Shown here: piece after piece, positions 23,790-36,189 of the stretch
Numbering within the stretch: the first letter of the stretch is position 1
Layout: each line of letters begins with the position of its first letter
Assembly: GCF_006345805.1 (NCBI RefSeq)
Contig: NW_021833019.1
Location: forward strand, 33,980 to 97,979
Origin: Octopus sinensis
Taxonomy: Eukaryota
Reading direction: 5' to 3'
DNA: 64,000 nucleotides
Notes under the pieces: model-generated
What the model was told of the DNA's origin: nothing
The model's input: the letters and a program-made list of their open reading frames with translations, nothing else
The model's database searches: none
Program-made: the position numbers and the translations under genes

Positions 23790-25480
23790 TTCTTTTATTT
23801 GTCACCAGGGCAAAGGATGAGGGGACAATACAAAGACATAATGTGTTGGGGTTTACATATAATGGAATGATAAAATAAAAAGTATACAGGGCATACATTA
23901 GAAGAAAGGAAGTATACATAGTATGTGACACTAGAAAAAGAGGAAAAAAAAAGAAAAAGGATCGTGATGGGGTATCCCCTGATTCAGGAGGACCTCTAGG
24001 ATAATCAAGGAACCCCACCATCCATGATCACCCTGAGTACTAAGGATGAGAACCCACTCCAACTTCTCTCTTCTGACTCATAGGTCTACACTGAGAATGG
24101 TACCATTCACTCTTGCCATTTTAGCAACTTTCACCCACCTCTTCATATAGATTCACTCGAGGACAGCACCTCCCTCTCCACCCTCACATGCCTTTCCAAG
24201 GGAAACTTGAAAAAGTCGATGAGAGCTTTACCAAAGAGGAATATTTATGTCCTCATTCCTTTCAGCCACATCCACCAGATAACCTCTTTTGCCACAGCCA
24301 CCAGACAAAGGAAGACTGCCTTTCCAGCCTGATTAAAGGAGGGTGGCAGGGCAATCATCATTATGGACTTGGACAATAGACGGATCTGTCCTACATGCAA
24401 CAGCAGCAGTTCAACATAACTCCACAAGTTAGCAATGCCCAAACACAGAACAAGTGCATGCAGAATGGTTTTGTCATTCTGCAAGCACCTCAGACAAGCC
24501 CATCTGACAACACATCCGTGCCTGTAGAGTTTATCTTGATCCAGTAGTGCCCCCCGGTAGCACTGCCAGGACAATGACATCTGGAAATTATCCATAACAG
24601 TCCCTGACCAGAAAGTCCTCTGGAACAGAGTTGCCAGTTCATCTTTGTCGATACCTATGGTCTTCCCCGAGGACGTCATCGCACTTCACTGCTGCTAATC
24701 CACTGTAAATATCTAGTGGAACATCCATCGATCCTATTGCCTGACTTGTAGAGGACAGTGAGCTCTTGACAACATTCTAAGTGCCAGGCGCCCCATCTCA
24801 GCCTATACTTTACCCAATACTGCAGCTCCATCACGGAGATGAGCTTCAGAAAGGCATGCCTCACAAATGGAGCCCACAACACATTCACCTTCAAGAAATC
24901 ACTGCAGGTGGCATGACCTGAGTGTGTGGCTGCGCATTAAAATCCATGGCATGCCTAAGCTGCTATGCAAAGGAAGTTGGCAGCAGACTGACCACCTGAC
25001 CATTGAAATGCGCCCTTTCCACAAGAAAATAAACAGGATATGCTCCAATCTACTCAAGCAGTAACTGGGACATAGGACAATGGTTAGACAATAAATAATG
25101 ACAGAGATGATGTAGGCATTCGCCACCTCTGCTGACCTTTCAGGAACAACTTCTTCTCTGCCCATTTCTGGGTAAGAGAGGTCACCCTGTTTGTCACCTC
25201 TTCCCAATTCTTATCCACCTGGAGGTCGGGACCAAACCAGATCCTGAGCAATTTTACTGGTCCATCAGTCCAGCATCCAATGGCATTGATCTGCTTCTCC
25301 AGATGCCCAGTTGCAATCCCACCAACTTGTTGGCATTGATTTTAGCCCCTACAACTCACCTCATATTCCTTCACAATGGAGCCAACCATCTCCACTTTGG
25401 AGGTTTCCGACACCATGACAATGACATCGTCCACATATCCAGACAGTGCCCTCTTCTTATTGTTTATTTACCTTCGTCAA
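23790..25480 (-). mobile_element. Tx1/L1-like LINE 3' fragment
   Basis: FLWKGRISMVRWSVCCQLP..LGMPW and WACLRCLQNDKTILHALVLC (zf-RVT-like) peptides; simple-repeat tail near 23760-23790. Confidence 0.7.
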
Positions 25481-25509
25481 GAGTCACAGCAATCTATGTA
25501 AATTAATGA

Positions 25510-26110
25510 TAATAATAGAAGTCCTTTCCACTAAAGCCACGGGGCCTGAAATTTGTTGAGAGGGGACTAGTCAGTTACATCGACCCGGGTGTTATTTTAT
25601 CGATCCTGAAAGGATGAAAGGCAAAGTCAACCTGAGCAGAATTTGAAATCAGAATGTGAAGAAATATCACTAAGCACATTAATAATAATGGCATGAATTT
25701 TGGCAGTAATTTCAGGGAGGGGTTTAATCTATTACATCGATCCCAGTACCCAACTGGTATCTCTTTTAATATCCCTGAAAGGATGAAAGACAAAGTTAAC
25801 TTCAGCAGAATTTGAATTCAGAACATAAGGATGGATGAAATCCCACTAAGCATTATTCCCAGCATGCTAACAGTTCTAACTTAATAATAATAATAATCCT
25901 TTCTACTAAAGACACAAAGCCTGAAATTTGGGGAGAAGGGAATAGTCAATTTGATCAACCACAGTGTTTCACTGGTACTTATTTTATTGATCCTGAATGG
26001 ATGAAAAGCAAAGTTGACATCAGCAGAATTTGAACTCAGAACGTAGCAATAGACAAAATACCACTAAGCATTTTGTGCAGCATACTAACAGTTCTACCAG
26101 CTTACTGCCT
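25510..26110 (-). mobile_element. Three tandem copies of SINE family 1
   Basis: Core atcgatcctgaaaggatgaaaggcaaagtcaac or variants at ~25600, ~25770 and ~25990, separated by (AAT)n tails. Confidence 0.8.
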
Positions 26111-26379
26111 TAAAAGAGCAGTTTGTAGGGGCATAGAATTGCCAAATGGAAAGAGAATGGAAGACCCCAGATGATGAGGGGTACAAGTACCTTGGGATCC
26201 TAGTGTTGGACAATATCTTGCATGGAGAAATGAAAGACAATGTCATCATAGCATATTTGAAGTGCCTTAAACTCCTTGAAATCAAAGTGCAACTCAAGCA
26301 ACCTTGTGACTGCCATCAACATATGGGCTGTTACTGCAGTGCACTAATCAACAATGCTTCGGTACTGGACAAGTGCAGG

Positions 26380-28250
26380 CAGGATGGTTTCATGCTTCTG
26401 AATGCATCTCAGACATGCTTGGCTTATGGCACTTCCATGCCTGTAGGGTTTATCTTGAACCAGTAATGCTCTCCAGTAGCACTGCCATGCCAGAGATTTC
26501 TAGAAATTATCTGTCTGCTTTGGGCTGAAATTTCTCTGAGAGAGCAGTTTGTTGATGGTCTTCACTGCCCAAGTCTCCCTAAGAATATCATCACTTTTAC
26601 CCACCACTAATCCTCTATAGAATGCTGAAGTGAATTTTCCACCTATCACCATACGTGACGGGCTGAGGGTTATGAGTGCTTGAAGACATTCTATATTTCA
26701 AGTGCTCTCTCTCACAATCTTGTCAACAAGACAAGCAAGGCCAACACATGTCTGGCAAACGTCAACCATATCTGTTCACTGGAGATATTGGAGATGCATA
26801 GCATCAGTGCATGTTTGCACATCATAAGCCATGGCATGCCCAGTCCAACCATGCAGTGGATGTGGACAGTAGATGGATTGCCTGACCATGGGAATGCATC
26901 CCTTTCACAAAATGTGAAAGAGTATATGCTTTAGTGCAGCCAGGTGGGGATCATGACATAGCATGATGATCAGGTGGTAATAGATAATGAACAAGATGTA
27001 CACATTAGCCACTTCAGCCCAACCCTTCAAGGATAGCTGCCATGTAGCATGGCTGTTTGTACACATGCATCAAACAGTCTACCTTTTACTTTGAGCGAGA
27101 GGTCATTTGTCACCAGCAGAGGTAGGAGCTCTCAGAACTTTGCCCAGGCTATTCTTATTCTAGCAGCTACGCTTTCAGAGCATCCATCCCTACTACTAAC
27201 TTGGTCCCCTAGCTAATGGACGCTAGACTTCTTTCAAACTGAAAGTATTCACACATTACAATAGTAATACTGAAATAATGTAAGAGATAAGAGATTGCTC
27301 TAGGCTTGCATTAGGCAAGAAGTTGAAACTTTTTTTGGCCCATGACACTGCATAGACCCTAAGTAAGGCATGTGTAAAATTTGAGTGAAATCGGTTGTGT
27401 AGTTCTCAAATTTTAGGGATTCACGCAGACAGACAGATAGACACACATTCTTATTTTTATACATTAGCCACTTCTGCCCAACCCTTCAAGGAAAGCTTCT
27501 TCTCAGGACATTTCTGGATGAGAGTAGTCACCTCGCTCATCACTCCATCCCAGTTTTATTTTTTGTCAATCTGGAGGTCAATATAAAACCAGACCCTAAG
27601 CAATTTAGCCAATCTGTCCATCCAGCACTCAACAATGCTGTTGAATAGCATAGACTTTTCTTTCCAGGTGCCAAGCTGCAAGCCCTCTGACTTTACCTGG
27701 TTAATTTTCACTCCTTTATACTCCCTAAGTGCAGTCCCAATCATCTCAATGATTTTGGTTTTTGACATCATCAGCAAATGCTCACACAGTATTCCCCACA
27801 GTGTATCCAGATGGTACACTAGTTGTTTGAGAGTCAATAAATACAACAGAGATGAGAGTAGAGGAGACAAACTGGCAGACCAAGTGTATGACGTTGAACA
27901 GTTCCAAGAGGTGACTGCTCACTCTCACTATTGAACAGGTGTTACTGTACATTGGAGTGATCCATACCTTGAATATGGGCCCAAAACTGGCTGTCTTGAG
28001 GACTGCTACCAGGTACCAGTGGTCAACCCTATTGAAAACTTTGGATTGACCTTAATTGATCAGCGCCCCACCAATTTCTGGTTTTTGAGCCATTTTCGTA
28101 GATGGATCTTTTGGGGATGGTGTATGTCTGTACCTCCCCTTACCAGGCCACTGATGACATGCACCAACCTCATAGCTGACTGACCATCTGAAAATGATGG
28201 CTTCATATGTAGTTGATGCATTGTAGCTCATACTAGCACTCTAGAAACTG
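26380..28250 (-). mobile_element. Second Tx1-like LINE fragment, interrupted at 27034-27460
   Basis: Homologous to 24500-25450 (e.g. gcctgtagggtttatcttgaaccagta, catggcatgccc). Confidence 0.6.
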
Positions 28251-28289
28251 AGCCACTTAAATGCCAAGGCAATTCACTATAAGTAATTG

Positions 28290-28870
28290 ATGGCTTTTCT
28301 TACATGGGAGATGTGATTAGCAAGATTACTCTGAAAGCATAGTACTCAGAGTAAGAATGGGCTGGAAAAGCTCAGGGATTTACTAGCACTGCTGAAAACA
28401 AAGGTCTTTTCCTCCATAAGGAAAGGCAGAATATATGTTACATGTGTTAGAACTGCAATGCTGCACGCCAGTGAGACATGGGCCTTGAATGCAGAGAACA
28501 TAATAGGTTGGAAAGAAATAAAGTTAGCATGCTCCTTTGGATGTGCAAGGTAAGAATGCATGAACATTACAATATAAATGACCTGAGAAAAAGACATTTA
28601 TACTAAGAGGAATCAATGTAATGTGATGTACTAAGAGGAATCATGTAATGTGCAAGAGAAAAGACTATTCTGGTATGAGAATGTGATGTAAATGGATGAG
28701 GACAGCTGTATAAAATGTGATGATCACTAAATATAGCTAGAGCCTGTAAATGATGAAGATCCAGGAAGATACAGAATAAAGTAATCGAGGTTGACCTCAG
28801 GACTCTGAACATCACAGACGAAAATAACAAACGATTGGCATATTTGGTGATATGAAGTTCTTATGAAAAC
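28290..28870 (+). mobile_element. Diverged RTE LINE fragment
   Basis: agagtaagaatgggctggaaaag and tgttagaactgcaatgctgcacgccagtgagacatgggc parallel the RTE C-terminal region of other copies. Confidence 0.65.
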
Positions 28871-28926
28871 TTGCTCACTATGATAAAAATGTTTTCTAGA
28901 AGCACTGCATGGGGATATATTATATA

Positions 28927-29070
28927 CTAGCAGCGATACTTGGCATTACTCAAGATGAAAATGGCATAGTTTGTATATAATATATTACAGTTATGTTGAA
29001 ACAGACGATATGGGAAAGTACAGCATTGACAACAAAACATTTGTGGAGTAAATGATGGCTAATTCGACTA
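28927..29070 (-). mobile_element. Helitron 3' end remnant
   Basis: Minus strand: degenerate hairpin ttgagtaatgccaag followed by CTAG|T at 28930-28927. Confidence 0.4.
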
Positions 29071-29076
29071 AGCAAC

Positions 29077-29240
29077 ATGCTATGTGTCCATTTAGAGTAT
29101 CTCATGAAAAATTGGAGTATGTCATGGAAAATTGCGGGCAGCGGTTATGTGATTTTTGAAGACACCAAAAAGCTGTCAGTGGATATACTCTCTTTTGCAG
29201 CAGTCGGTGCTGTGTCTAAAACGACCCATCATCTGAAATT
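29077..29240 (+). mobile_element. mariner-like 5' fragment
   Basis: Homologous to 34760-34868, which lies inside an element starting with a mariner-like TIR. Confidence 0.5.
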
Positions 29241-30889
29241 ACTGCCCTCTTTCAAGTTTCCTGTTGTGATGTTGGTTCATCTGGCACCTTGGACAGCAAG
29301 GGGGTCAAGTTTTTTCATGAAAACATCTACCCCACCACCTCATGTACATTTCACAGATCTTTTGCAAGATATTTAAATTACAAGTTATTGCAGTTCCTGT
29401 TCCTCACTCTAGATGGGTTGGGTGGCACTTGTGGAACAGTGACATCCAGTTGGGGGCTGGTATAACTCTTCATGCCAAAGAATAGTTATACCAGAAGTTC
29501 CCATAACTATATCACTACACACCTTTTCCATCTTCACTCCATAGAACATGTATACTCTTCTGGTCCTTCACTAGCCATCTTGATCCTTTATACATGAACG
29601 ATGCGCATATAAATCCCCAAATCATGCAGTGTGTTTGACTCAGGGACTGCAGTTTCTTTTCGTCCAAAGAATATTTGTTATGGCTAACTGGCTGATAGCA
29701 GAGGGCTTGAAATTAATCAGTAAATGCTATTGCGACTGCAATAGAATTTACTGATTAATTTAGTGGGGTTTATGTCCCTACTGGTAACCTACCGACGCGC
29801 ATTGAAACTTTATCAAAATTCGTTGGCATACACATTTTTTTAAAATCAAAAACCACTGTCCCTATTTACCCCGTCTTTTGGGGTGAATAGGGACAGTTAT
29901 CCACAACACACTATTGGACCTATTCAACTAGCTGTAGGGTCAATACGGACAAATAAAAAAACTATGGGTAAAGAAAGTGATACGAAGTGAATAGAATATT
30001 GACTACATGTATTACAAGTAAACAGAGTGACATGAAATGAACAGATTATTGGCAGAATTAAAAAGACTGGATGTATTACAGGTAAACAAAGTGACACAAA
30101 ATGAACAGATTATTATTGGCAGAATAAACACGATTTAGGTATTTTCAACATGATATGAGATAAGGTAAGGCTATGGTTGTAAACTAGTCACTGAAACTTT
30201 GAAGATCAAACCAGCCCAATCTACACCAGGCATATTCCCTTTGAATCTTTTCACATCGACACCTCGACGATCCAGGTATCCTTTAACGATCAGTCGCAAA
30301 TCATAGGAGTCCATCGGATAGCCCCAAGAGGCGCACAGCACGAGCCTTTGAGCAAGAATTTCCTCTTCACCTGAAAATAAAACAGTCTGTCCACCACGTT
30401 TATTGATATTTTTCCCCAACTTGATGGAATTTTGAAGTCCTCTTCTGCTTTTCTGAGTGTCGTTCCGTTGGCGACCTCTAGTCGCTCAGGATCTATTTTG
30501 GCGTATTTTTCTTCCCAGGAACTGGTTTGTACTGTCGCGGCATGGTATTCCTATTCACCACTACAAAACACCAAAATAGGGGTGAAAGCAGAAATAGGCG
30601 GTGGTAAGGATACCAATGGATTTTCCGAGGAAATCAGTCACGTGCACTGTGTGTTTGGAAACCTGCTGCAAGAAACTGAGCGGGTCGGAACACCCTCGCT
30701 GGTACAACGTCTCCTGCAGAAAGAAAGTTCCGAAAGGCATATATATGTACCTACAAATAACTAGAAAGAAACGAGAACAATTTGAGTAATCTCAACTTTA
30801 TTGTTCTAAAATATTTTTTCTCGGTTATTGTCCCTATTCACCCGGATTACGGTAGTTAGTGTAGTAGTTTTTGTAACTTAGGAGATATT

Positions 30890-30943
<54 letters not shown>

Positions 30944-33043
30944 ACCATAAGAGGTAGCGGTCCCATGCGCTGATGTGCACAAATTTTCTTTTATATTCTT
31001 CATTTCTATAATTTATTCTTTACGTTTCATTTACAAGTTTTACTGTAAGAAATATTACCAGCAATTGTTTTTGAAGACAAGTATGCACTTTCTGTACGTA
31101 TTAATCCAAGTGAACTTTGTTTAATCCACACGATTAACACGTGAACTAGGTATGTGAATACATAATAGATAGATCTTTGCAAACTAGGAAGCTGAGCACA
31201 AAGATATTGCGATCCGGGTACATCTTAAGGGGGCGAGCTGGCAGAAAACGTTAGCACGCTGGGTGAAATGCATAGCAGTATTTCGTCTGTCTTTACATTT
31301 TGAGTTCAAATCTCTCCGAGGTCGACTTTGCCTTTCATCCCTTCGGGGTCGATAAATTAAGTACCAGTTGCATACTGAAGTCGATCTAATCGACTGGCTC
31401 CATCCCGTTGCGCCTTGTGCCAAGAGTAGAAAAATCCGAGTACAACTTCCTTGAATTACTTAGATCGTCATTCTTTTCATTTCTAGTCTCATTGCTGTTG
31501 GAATGATCTCCCTTTGTCTACATAATAATATGCGACTAATGGAAGACCGACTGTTTGTTTTCCTTTGAGTTTTATTTAAGTTCATCTCAAGGAAGTTGAA
31601 GCCGGTCGCTAACAGAACAAAAAGAATTTTGATTGAAAAGAATTTCCAGTATTAGTAAATATGTGGTTGAAAGCATATGTCGGTTAAACTCTCGATGAAT
31701 CTCAGATGGAGAATCTTTGGAATGTCTTATACATTTTTACTGTACAGCTCATAGATTAAATTTAGAGAATCCATGTCACTTTCCTTCGCTCATTCCTAAA
31801 AAAAGAAACTTAGTATTTCTAGGTTTTTGTGTAAATTTGCAGGTACATAACCTAATGCACCTACGGTAATAGGTATAAACGGGAATTCATAGTCAGAGTA
31901 CAAGAGCTGTAAGTTCTGCTTTAGTACACCATAAATGTTAACTTTTCCCTGAACTTTTGATCTAAATTTACATCTGCTTGGTAACTTATCTCTACAGCAG
32001 GACATGACTTTTGTTCCCTGTCACACCAGGTCTATTATGTCTGCACCGAACTGCAGTTTCTATTGGAGCTTTCCACTAGTATTCTTTGTTTTTAAAGGCG
32101 TGAATACATACTGGTTCTGACATGCTTTGATGTATATGTCGGACAATCCTTCCTACAGGTAGCATTGTAAATAGTCTTTGCCACTATATCTTATCTCAAG
32201 GGTAGGTAATATTTCGTAGATGTTTTGGGGTAGCTGCTGCTGATATAGGTAAAATTTTCAACACTCGTATAGCAAAGCCAACATTTTCTATCGGGACACA
32301 GAAATTTGGTGGTATTTTCCACTCTTTTGTTAGCAGGTTCCTGGATAGCAAAGGCATCCCCTTCCAGGTGGAATGTAATGTATCAAATCACAGGTCCAAG
32401 AGAGGTCACTGTTAATGTCATTGCTGTTATCCTCTAGTTTTATGTACTCATGCATTGGTTTTGCTAGTATGATGCCTACTTCACCTCCAAGCTTCTGTTT
32501 AGATAGTCAGTCCAATCTTTGGGTTGCATGAGACAGTAATATTCTCAGAGTAGCTGCACAGTTTCACTCCAGCACTGAAGATTCTTTAACTTTTGAGTAT
32601 GCATGGAGTGTATCCATTTCTTTCTTTACCATTCAGCAGATGTTGTCTGTGACATTCAAAGGCGGTTTGTACTGACCTTATCCATCTACCAACATTTTTT
32701 GTCCCACATAAATCCTATGAGTGTCACTGCTACTGAGGAAGTTAACAGTGATGGTCAGTACCTTTTTAGTTTAGATGTCCTGGTTGCAGATCTTGTAAAG
32801 TTTCCGGTTCAGTATCTCAAATGTTAGTATTAACACTATCACTGTATAGGCATGGTGAGATACGATCTTGCTAAATGCAGACAGCTCTGAAGCCTGCTGA
32901 AGTACTCTTTTGTTATTCCGTATACAATGTGTGCAACATTCTCATGGATTCCAAGATGCTTGCAGTTTTCATCGTTAGAGTTAGGGGAGATAGAATATAC
33001 ATGTTCACTGTTTGGCTGACATGAGGGCATGTATCTTCTATGT
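29238..33043. repeat. Inverted segmental duplication, arm B (no Gypsy; empty CATG site at 31772-31775)
   Basis: Reverse complement of 9360-10643 plus 16493-19467; contains a pogo copy (29781-30852), SINE (31227-31434, plus strand), (GA)n 30891-30940 and the R4-like fragment. Confidence 0.95.
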
Positions 33044-33356
33044 GTAAAGATCATATGATGTATATATTTACTGTTCATGTTCAGAGGAAAACCTATCCTG
33101 GTTAAATCAACAGAATGAGTGGCTCCTCTTTGAAATGTCAGAGTGAAGAATATTGGTTATGCATGCAGGGAGTGAAGCCTCCATCCCTAATGTTTAAGAT
33201 ATTTTTTTGATTGGACAAAGTTTAGCTTTTCAGTAATGCGAAGTGTACATTTGGTGCCCTTAACCAAGTATCTATTGGCTTTGGTAATGTTCCATATTAT
33301 CTGCTTACTCTTCCTTCTCTGTGTCATATTGGATAGGAATGTTGATATATATATAT

Positions 33357-33396
<40 letters not shown>

Positions 33397-34244
33397 CAAT
33401 AACAAAATGGAGGGGATCAGGAAGTGGTATTCATCAAATTTTAGACATTATATTATGTCTATTTAATTATTTAAAATAACAGTTATAACAATATACATAC
33501 ATGTATAACATATATTTTACATATATAATATATAAAATATAAAACTACCAGTAATTATTAAAATATGTAACGTAGAGCATAGAAAGTAGAATAGTATCTT
33601 AGCTGTTTCAGTGAAGTATTTGGTAGATAAGATTATGGTACTTGGGTGTCTCCGGTCTTTGTCAGAGACTTTAGAAATATAAATACATACGTATATACAC
33701 ACTTTTACTTATACATAAATACTTATCTATACCTTTATATGTCTATGTATATGCAAAGAAAGGAATCATTTATTATTATTATTAGGTGTATTATATTATT
33801 CCTATTAGATAGAGTATAAACAGAGGAAAGAAAAATTATCAAAAGAGAAATAAAAGTGAAATTTAAATAATCAATATATCTTAAGATTATTGTAGTTATG
33901 TTGGAATGAAAAGGTACATAAATGAGGAATACATATATATATATATATATATACATATAAAGATGTATATATAGCCCTATTGAGGGCTAGAGGTAACGGT
34001 CCACAATATGTGGGTTAGAGTTTATATTAATACCTGTGATATTAGCTGAAATCCTGCAGGAAGATAGGAGTGGGTAATCTAATTGGTCATTTATTGTTTT
34101 GAAAGGCCATGACTTTGTTATGGTTGGTTAATGGATAACTGACAACATAAACAACAAATTAGGCAAAAATATATCACCAGTATATTGGATAGATATTATC
34201 CCTCAGTTGGTTGGATTCACAACCTCTTGGAAGAGAGTTAGAGG

Positions 34245-34658
34245 TTTCTTCTATCTTTTTATCTTTTACTTGTTTCAGTCATTTGACTGCGGCCATGCTG
34301 GAGCACCGCCTTTAGTCGAGCAAATCGACCCCGGGACTTATTCTTTGTAAGCCCAGTACTTATTCTATCGGTCTCTTTTGCCGAACCGCTAAGTGACGGG
34401 GACGTAAACATACCAGCATCGGTTGTCAAGCAATGCGAGGGGGACAAACACACAAACACACACACATACACACACACATATATATATATACATATATACG
34501 ACAGGCTTCTGTCAGTTTCCGTCTACCAAATCCACTCACAAGGCATTGGTCGGCCCGGGGCTATAGCAGAAGACACTTGCCCAAGATGCCACGCAGTGGG
34601 ACTGAACCCGGAGCCATGTGGTTGGCTAGCAAGCTACTTACCACACAGCCACTCCTGC
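34245..34658 (-). mobile_element. tRNA-headed SINE, family 2 (internal CA/TA microsatellite)
   Basis: Head GCAGGAGTGGCTGTGTGGTAAG..GGTTCAGTCCC (A/B-box-like) on the minus strand; second full copy at 60470-60875; fragments near 8700-8900, 39670-39750 and 59570-59730. Confidence 0.85.
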
Positions 34659-34673
34659 ATATATATATATATA

Positions 34674-34868
34674 TGAGGCGGTATCAAAAGGTTCCTGGAC
34701 TAGTTATCAACTCCTTAATGACCACCAACCAACAGCCATAATAGTCTGAACAATATAATTGGGGCTGGGGTTTTTGTGATTTTTGAACACACCAAAAAGC
34801 TGTCAGTGGATATACTCACCTTTGCAGCAGTCAGTGCTGTGTCTAACACGACCCATCACCTGAAATTT
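34674..34868 (+). mobile_element. mariner-like 5' end
   Basis: TA|tgaggcggtatcaaaaggttcctggact resembles a mariner TIR. Confidence 0.55.
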
Positions 34869-34869
34869 T

Positions 34870-36143
34870 GACACTTCCTTTGGGCTTCTTGTCCTACATC
34901 ACTCATAAAGTAAATTTGGAGGAACTGTAGTTGTTCATTTGTGGGTAACAGGGAACCAATGAGGTGATAGACTTGCCTTTGAACTTTGACGTTGGCATAA
35001 ATTCATGTTTAACTATCTTCATTCTGCTGTGGTGGCTCATTTTCTGATTTTCTCACTCATTCCATAAAAATCTATTTGAATAGAGCCAAAATTGAAAGAA
35101 GAGAAAGCAAAAAAGACAGAGAGAAAGTGAAAGATGTATGTACATGTATATGAAATGGACGTGTGTGTGTTAGAGAGAGAGAGAGAGAGAGTGAGTGAGT
35201 GAAGGTGTGTGTCGTGAAGATTGATGTCTTTTAAGGTACACACACATATAGAACATGTGACATCATCGTATAAAATGTTTACGATAGTTGATTTATGGAA
35301 AAGATTATACTGTTAAATTTTTGAAATGCAAATATGTGAATGGAAATTAAGTTTAATTTGTAGTTGAAATAGTACTGAATCTTTTGATACCCCATACATC
35401 AAAATCAGTAACTTGGTTTTGGAATGCACAAGGAATATATATATATAGGACAGACTTCTTTCAATCTGCAAGTATTATCTCACATAACAATAGAGACGTA
35501 ATACTGAAATAGTATAAGAGATAGGACATTGCTCTAGGTTCGCATTAGGCAAGAAGTTGAAACTTTTTTCGCCTTTGACACTGCATAGACCCTAAGTAAG
35601 GCATGTGTAAAATTTGAATGAAATCGGTTGTGTAGTTCTCTAGTTTTAGGGATTCACACAGACAGACAGATAGACGCACATTCTTAATTTTATATATACA
35701 AGTTACTACCCCTTGTATCGCCAACATGTTTATTTATATTCGTGAGTGTCCATTTTCCGTGTTTTATTTTTTAGTATAAAATATTTAAAAATAGAGGAAT
35801 CTTCCTAATTTTTTGCATACTTCATTTATTTTGGATATATTTCCCATTTTCATGATTTTTCTAGAAATTAAGCATCATTTTCTTGGAGAGGTGCACTTCT
35901 AAAGAAGCACTGAAAATTGTACACTTACCATTGCATAGACATGGTGGGTTCATATCTTAGGTGAATTGAGAGTGGTTTATTTATGTTGGGAGCACGGAAT
36001 TTCGGGGAAAAAATTATAAGAAAAAGTGTCCTAAGTCAAAGAGAGTACACATGTCAAATTTGGTGAAATTTGGTTGAAAATTGTAGGAGTAGAAGTGGTT
36101 CACACAACACACAGACAGACAACTTGCCTTTTAATATATAAGA
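34870..36143 (-). mobile_element. Helitron 5' fragments (nested)
   Basis: A|TC 5' end at 36143 followed by a ttgtctgtctgtgtg tract; FMPTSK/FKVQGQVYHLIGSLLP..FLQIYF remnant at ~34890-34990; second 5'-type segment 35450-35700 also found at 27225-27460. Confidence 0.7.
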
Positions 36144-36189
36144 TATGTGCATACATACAGGTATGTGTGCTTATGTGTTTATATATATT

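Noticed and set aside
9360-33043. The two inverted arms as giant TIRs of a single 24-kb transposon
   Set aside because: Arms start inside an R4-like fragment, no TSD is visible outside, and the interior is an ordinary TE mosaic
34560-34658. tRNA-like sequences (also 31227-31320 and the PBS motifs)
   Set aside because: SINE heads with A/B boxes but no complete cloverleaf; the PBS motifs are only short tRNA complements
29160-34868. Two mariner fragments ending at the same ctgaaatt point, as a duplication bracketing arm B
   Set aside because: Their upstream sequences diverge, consistent with independent copies of one family
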